Assembly (NCBI GenBank): GCA_963753195.1
Contig: CAVWBH010000001.1
Coordinates: 1,057,499-1,089,498 of the forward strand
DNA length: 32,000 nt
Direction of reading: 5' to 3'
From: an uncultured Actinomycetes bacterium
GTDB lineage: Bacteria > Actinomycetota > Actinomycetes > Streptosporangiales > Streptosporangiaceae
Numbering within the stretch: the stretch's first letter is position 1; every line of letters begins with the position of its first letter. Below the pieces are notes generated by a model that was not told the origin of the DNA, did not search any database, and saw nothing but the letters and a program-made list of their open reading frames with translations. Made by a program: the position numbers and the translations under genes. Below are positions 27,823 to 32,000 of the stretch, piece by piece.

Positions 27823-28599
27823 TCACGTGCAGTGCAGTGTTTCCTCGCCGGCGTGATCACTGGATTCAGCTGTCGCGACGGCCAGCGATGCTGCGCCGGC
27901 GGCCGTGAGGTGCTCGGCCCGCTGCTTGATGCCGAGCAGGCACTTGCGCATCATGAACGGGTCGCCGATCTCCATCAAGATCAGCTCGGTCACGATGGCG
28001 GGCTTGGCCCAGGTGTAACGGCTGCGCAGCCGGCTGATGAGCCGCGTGTGCCCGGCGGCGGCTGGCTCGAGCAGCCAGAGCCAGGTGCCGCCGGGCTTTT
28101 CCCACAACATCAGCGCGCCGGGTTCGAGCCGGGCGACCCGGTAGGCAGTCGCGGGCGTCGGCTTGCCGCCCATGGGCACCCAGTCCCCCACCGCAAGGCG
28201 CTGGAACTGCGGGAGGACCTGCCGGGCGCTGGCCCGGCCCAGGTTGTCCAGCAGGTCGTAGCTGTAAAAGCCAGCCCGGTTCCAGCCCCACTGGGCCAGC
28301 CACGGCCAGATGTCCTCCGCCGGGGCGGCGATGGTGACCGCGCGGGTGGCGTTCAGCTGCGGCCGCGGGCACAGGTCATCGCCGGGCATCGGCCGGTTCA
28401 CCTCATCGCCGGTGGCGCCCCAGCTGAACATCCGGGGACGGATCCAGCGGAGGTGCGCACCCAGCGCCACGGCGGCACCGAGACCGGCTACGCAGGCACG
28501 GTGCCTTCCGCCCACATCGGCCCAGCCGATCCCGCCCGGGCACCGGGTACCTGGCGGGGCCGACGCCGCGGGGCGCCGGTGGCCAGACGCAGGCATCAT
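27823..28599 (-). CDS. SRPBCC family protein
   Basis: Pattern WGATGDEVNRPMPGDDL...TRAVTIAAPAEDIWPWLAQWGWNRAGFYSYDLLDNLG...GDWVPM is typical of this family. The start overlaps the upstream gene's stop (ATGA). Confidence 0.68.
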   Translation of the reverse strand: MMPASGHRRPAASAPPGTRCPGGIGWADVGGRHRACVAGLGAAVALGAHLRWIRPRMFSWGATGDEVNRPMPGDDLCPRPQLNATRAVTIAAPAEDIWPWLAQWGWNRAGFYSYDLLDNLGRASARQVLPQFQRLAVGDWVPMGGKPTPATAYRVARLEPGALMLWEKPGGTWLWLLEPAAAGHTRLISRLRSRYTWAKPAIVTELILMEIGDPFMMRKCLLGIKQRAEHLTAAGAASLAVATAESSDHAGEETLHCT

Positions 28600-29048
28600 C
28601 GGGGCGTCCCCGGCAGACGCCAGGCCAGCCAGGTGACCGCCAGGCCTACGACCGCGAATACCGCCTCCAGCGGCTGGAACCCCAGCCAGGCCAGCTCAGC
28701 GGCCTCAAAGCAGACCAGCCCCGTCCCCGCGGCCATCGACAGCTCGCGGGCATGCCGGTGACCGCGCCACTGCCACCAGCCCGCCAGCAGGAAACCCCCG
28801 CCAACCAGCCCGGCCAGCAGAACCCCCGGCACCCGCCAGTCACTGAACGGAGTCCCTGCCAGCGTGCCCGGATCCGCATGAAGCAGCGACCCATCCGGGG
28901 CGGCCGCCAGCAGCACACCGCCAGCGAGGCCCGTGACCCCAGTCACCAGCTCCAGCGTGACCAGCGCACGGCGGGCCCCACCCGGCCGCCGCAGCACGGG
29001 CGACCGAACCGACCCGCCAGGGCCCCTGGCCGGTACAGCACTATTCAC
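28596..29048 (-). CDS. Hypothetical membrane protein (4 predicted TM segments), co-transcribed with the SRPBCC gene
   Basis: Hydrophobic segments, good GC3 and 4-nt overlap coupling with the downstream gene. The GTG start is uncertain. Confidence 0.5.
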   Translation of the reverse strand: MNSAVPARGPGGSVRSPVLRRPGGARRALVTLELVTGVTGLAGGVLLAAAPDGSLLHADPGTLAGTPFSDWRVPGVLLAGLVGGGFLLAGWWQWRGHRHARELSMAAGTGLVCFEAAELAWLGFQPLEAVFAVVGLAVTWLAWRLPGTPR

Positions 29049-29833
29049 CCCCCCGACCCTGCAAGACGGTGATGAGCCTGAACAGGGCCAGAAGTCCCAA
29101 CCGGAGCCCGCGGAGAGAGGACGTTAGCACCTGCCTCGCGTGAGCGGCGTCCGTCAGGCTATTCGCCAGCAGTAAGCACGCGCAACGGGCGGATCTGCCC
29201 GGACCCGCCGCATAGCGCCGGGCGTCCGCTTGAGCGAACCGGCGAGCGCCGGGTCGCCCGTACGTCCGCCTGGCTGATAGGAGGTTGTGATGCCCGATAG
29301 GAGCCCCGCACGGGCACGACGATCACATTCGGCGCCCAGGGTTGTGTCGCCGAGGAACAAAGTGAACATTGCCCTCCCCCTGTCGATGATCAGGGCCGAG
29401 GAGCCAGTGGGGATGAGGGCGGGAGACTGGATCAGCCTTGCCGGACTGGTGGTCTCGGTCATCGGGTTCACCGTGGCGATCAAGGAGCTCATCCGAATCG
29501 CACATACGTCGGATGGGGCCAGGAGCGCGACATCGCCATCATGAAGGCCGAGATCGACGGGCCTGGCTGAGCTGCGTCCGTCGCCATCGGAGCCAGCTGC
29601 AGGCGGTTCGCCAAGGCTATGGGTGTGGCCTACGCCCGGGCACGGCCATTACATATGCCCAGAAAAGGGACTTTTGCTATTTAGCGAAATCTGGGTGCTA
29701 AACTCTGAATGTGGAAGGAAACAAATGACGTCGACTGTCACCAAGATACGGCTCACAGCAGCCGGGTAGTTCTGGTATGTCCTGAATGTTTCGCTTTCGG
29801 TGCTGGATACTTCGCCAAGGTTCCGGAAAATTA

Positions 29834-29859
29834 GGCCCAACCAACTGAGCTAGGTCAGA
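29834..29859 (-). other. tRNA 5'-fragment-like sequence (D-arm consensus), not a functional tRNA
   Basis: The minus strand reads TCTGACC-TA-GCTCAGTTGGTTGGGC-C. The 14-mer TAGCTCAGTTGGTT equals the canonical U8-A9 plus D-stem/loop of many bacterial tRNAs. No anticodon arm, T-arm or matching 3' acceptor follows. Confidence 0.3.
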
Positions 29860-30143
29860 TTCCCGGTACCCGATACACCGGCACATCGGGACAAGGCGGC
29901 ACGCCTCAAGTCGGCGGGGCGTACGGGGCGACCGGCAAGAAGCAATAAGTACGGGCGCGCCCGTAGGAGGCGACGTGAGTGCAATGACCCCAGCCGGGCG
30001 GCCTGCTGTTGCCTTCATACCCGGGCGGGTAATAGAGGAGCCCGCCTCAGTTACGCACCTCGTTCATGAAATTGGGACCTTCCTGTCCCCGGCGGCGCCG
30101 TGGATCCCCGAATTCTTCACCTCACCTTAGAGGCGGTGCCGGG

Positions 30144-30671
30144 ATGAGGATGGGTCCGAACACCGACAGGGTGCCAGCCTCGGTTAACAGGTACCTGCTT
30201 CCCCATGAACACCAAGTCATCTCGGTCCATCAGCACCCGGCGGTACTGAGCGGGCGTATTTTCTTCGTTATCGCCGGCTTCGTCGCCGCGGTCTGGCTGA
30301 GCATCTCGGTCGCGTCTGGCAACGGCACGGCCCTTCTCATCATCTGGTTCTTGTGGGGACTGCTCCTGGTCTGGCTCGCGGTGAAGGTCGTCGACTGGTC
30401 CCTGAATTACTTCGTTGTCACGTCGCAGCGGCTGCTCCTCGCTCAAGGTTTCGTCGTCCGCAAGGTGAACATGATGCCGCTCGCCAAGGTGACGGACATG
30501 AGCTTCCAGCGCACCGCAGTGGGCCAGATCCTCGGCTACGGCGAGTTCATCGTGGAGTCAGCCGGGCAAGACCAAGCGCTGCGAAACGTCCGATTCCTGC
30601 CCCATCCCGAGCAGCTCTACCTGGAGGTCTGCGGGCTGATCTTCAAAGAGAACGAGGCAAGCCCTGACTAG
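30144..30671 (+). CDS. PH domain-containing (bPH_2/YdbS-like) membrane protein
   Basis: Pattern RYLLPHEHQVISVHQHPAVL, then two TM helices, then the bPH fold region YFVVTSQRLLLAQGFVVRKVNMMPLAKVTDMSFQRTAVGQILGYGEFIVES. ATG 30144 is preferred over 30066 on third-position GC. Confidence 0.75.
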   Translation: MRMGPNTDRVPASVNRYLLPHEHQVISVHQHPAVLSGRIFFVIAGFVAAVWLSISVASGNGTALLIIWFLWGLLLVWLAVKVVDWSLNYFVVTSQRLLLAQGFVVRKVNMMPLAKVTDMSFQRTAVGQILGYGEFIVESAGQDQALRNVRFLPHPEQLYLEVCGLIFKENEASPD

Positions 30672-30798
30672 GGGCTTACGCGGTCTTCATTGCCGTCGTC
30701 GCTCAGTGCCGTCAGCCACGGCGAGCTGACGCGGGCAAGCTTGCTAGAGGTCTCGACCCGGCAGGTGAAGAAGCTGGCCGCCTCTCTCGGGTCACTGC

Positions 30799-30823
30799 TC
30801 ATTCATGCATCATGCATGAATGA
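30799..30823. promoter_or_regulatory. Perfect 25-bp palindrome (12-1-12), candidate VapB operator
   Basis: TCATTCATGCAT-C-ATGCATGAATGA lies 17-41 nt upstream of the vapB ATG. Confidence 0.6.
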
Positions 30824-30839
30824 TGGGCAGACTAGGGAT

Positions 30840-31085
30840 ATGAGCGAGCCTACGGATACAGGTATCGTCCAAGTCCGCGACGTCGATCCGGCGACACTTG
30901 CGGTCCTGCGCGGCCGGGCCAGGTCGCTCGGCCAGTCGCTGTCGGGTTACCTACGCGACCTGATGGACGCCGATGCCGCCGCCGAGACCAACGCCGAGGT
31001 CATCGCCCGGATTGCCCGCGATCGGGAACCAGTGGATCTGACCATGGACGATATTCTCGCGGCGCGCGACGAGGGGCGGCGTTGA
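30840..31085 (+). CDS. vapB: Ribbon-helix-helix (FitA/VapB-like) antitoxin
   Basis: 81 aa. IVQVRDVDPATLAVLRGRARSLGQSLSGYLRDLM fits the RHH beta-strand plus two-helix pattern. The stop overlaps the TTG start of the PIN gene (TTGA). Confidence 0.72.
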   Translation: MSEPTDTGIVQVRDVDPATLAVLRGRARSLGQSLSGYLRDLMDADAAAETNAEVIARIARDREPVDLTMDDILAARDEGRR

Positions 31086-31467
31086 GCCTCACCTATGTCG
31101 TCGACCGCTCCCTGGTGGTAGACGCGCTGTCCGCGCGGGAGGGGGATGCCGTGCTGCGGCAGCGACTGTCCGCGCCGCGCACACTGCACGCGCCGCACCA
31201 TATCGACGTAGCGGTCGCGGCCACGGTCCGGGGACTCGCGGCCGGAAAGAAGATCACCGATTACCGCGGAGAATAGAACCTCGCCGACTACGCCCGCCTG
31301 CGGTCACCCGCCATCCAGTTTGGCCCTTTCATCCCCGGATGTGGAAGCTGCGCCACAACCTGGGAGCGTATGACGCCGCTTACATCGCACTAGCCGAGGC
31401 CCTCGGCGGTGAGCTGCTGACCGGCGACGTCAAGCTGAGAACGCCGCTGGGCACCATGCGACAGTGA
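31082..31467 (+). pseudogene. vapC: PIN-domain toxin VapC, disrupted (in-frame TAG at 31274 plus frameshift near 31300)
   Basis: N-terminal part LTYVVDRSLVVDAL...LHAPHHIDVAV. After the TAG the same frame reads NLADYARL. The rest (VTRHPVWPFHPRMWKLRHNLGAYDAAYIALAEALGGELLTGDVKL) is in the -1 frame and ends at TGA 31465-31467. Confidence 0.7.
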
Positions 31468-31608
31468 TCGTCACCCGTTAGCACTCCATTCGCGGTGCTG
31501 GTATCGATACCGCCGGCCTTCCGATCGCATCCGCGACGGGATACATTACTCATTGCCTGATGTCATCATCCAGTGACATCGTCGGATGACGAGTGCGGGA
31601 GCACCTCC

Positions 31609-32000
31609 ATGACGGCGACCGCCAAGCCACCTGGGACCGGCTCGCCGGAGCCGGTCGGGGCCGGTGACGTCCCTTCGCTGCGCCGGCGGCTCCTGGTACC
31701 GACCCTGGTGCTGTCCGGGTCCTTGATGGCCGTGGTGTCGAGCCTCGGCGCGCCCCTCATCCCCACCCTGGCGCGAGACGACGGGGTGTCGCTGAGCACC
31801 GGGGAGTGGATCCTCACCATCACCCTGCTGACCGGCGCCCTGGCCACGCCGGTGATGGGGCGGCTGGCCGACGGGCCCCGCCAGCGGGCGGTCATCCTCA
31901 TCGCCCTCGGCGCGGTCGTCGTGGGCTGCGTGCTCGCAGCGGTATCCAACGGCTTCACCGTGTTGATCATCGGCCGGGCCCTGCAGGGCGTCGGCCTCGG
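31609..32000 (+). CDS. MFS transporter (N-terminal part; runs off the window)
   Basis: Not in the ORF track because there is no stop. My translation from ATG 31609 gives TM1 LVLSGSLMAVVSSLGAPLIPTL, then the MFS motif-A-like GRLADGPRQRAV, then LIIGRALQGVGL. GGGAG lies upstream. Confidence 0.72.
   Translation, partial: MTATAKPPGTGSPEPVGAGDVPSLRRRLLVPTLVLSGSLMAVVSSLGAPLIPTLARDDGVSLSTGEWILTITLLTGALATPVMGRLADGPRQRAVILIALGAVVVGCVLAAVSNGFTVLIIGRALQGVGL

Noticed and set aside
27814-27829. Inverted repeat CACGTGA-cc-TCACGTG between the convergent CPBP and SRPBCC genes
   Set aside because: It is created by both genes ending in ACG TGA two nucleotides apart. It is too short and has no loop, so it makes a poor terminator and is probably coincidental.
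29154-29492. 112-aa minus-strand ORF (and the 85-aa + strand ORF 29287-29544 as a whole)
   Set aside because: No RBS, no family resemblance and weak coding bias in a lower-GC patch. Only the 43-codon 3' portion of the + strand ORF, which has an RBS and a TM helix, is kept as a low-confidence observation.
29834-29859. Functional tRNA gene
   Set aside because: Only the acceptor-5'/D-arm portion is tRNA-like. The following 50 nt cannot form anticodon or T arms, and there is no complementary 3' acceptor strand. It is kept only as a possible remnant.

Overview
High-GC (about 70% by hand counts) actinomycete-type chromosomal segment, densely coding on both strands with roughly 30 genes. I found no rRNA, functional tRNA, CRISPR array, transposase or integrase. 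The centre-piece is a complete inducible glycopeptide-resistance cassette: vanH-vanA-vanX (11115-13792, +) convergent with vanS-vanR (13848-15645, -). Two things about it are unusual. (1) The vanHAX block is a sharp compositional island, 52-55% GC in the 60-nt samples I counted against 70-73% for vanS and the flanks. Its left breakpoint lies inside the 5' end of vanH and its right breakpoint directly after the vanX stop. (2) The whole 4.66-kb cassette is bracketed by a ~41-bp direct repeat (11043-11084 and 15662-15702, 34/39 aligned positions identical). This repeat contains TATCGG-type hexamers at 11-bp spacing, the geometry expected for an OmpR-family (VanR) operator. Flanking genes are ordinary accessory metabolism and regulation. 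They include methyltransferase, MarR/alpha-beta hydrolase, TetR/DinB-like, VOC, two ThDP enzymes (one benzoylformate-decarboxylase-like), crotonase, MBL hydrolase, SDR, FAD oxidase, CocE/NonD hydrolase, WS/DGAT, CPBP protease and SRPBCC. Several genes look decayed: a truncated methyltransferase remnant, an HxlR regulator with an internal out-of-frame deletion, a frameshifted malic enzyme, and a vapC toxin with a stop plus a frameshift. The 3' end (about 29.1-31.5 kb) is a lower-GC patch. It holds a tRNA D-arm-like fragment, small ORFs, a PH-domain membrane protein, and a VapBC module whose antitoxin and perfect 25-bp palindromic operator are intact. I do not see a convincing wholly new multi-gene system. 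The mosaic, repeat-bracketed van cassette is the most interesting object. All similarity statements come from reading motifs and from memory of family sequences, not from database searches.
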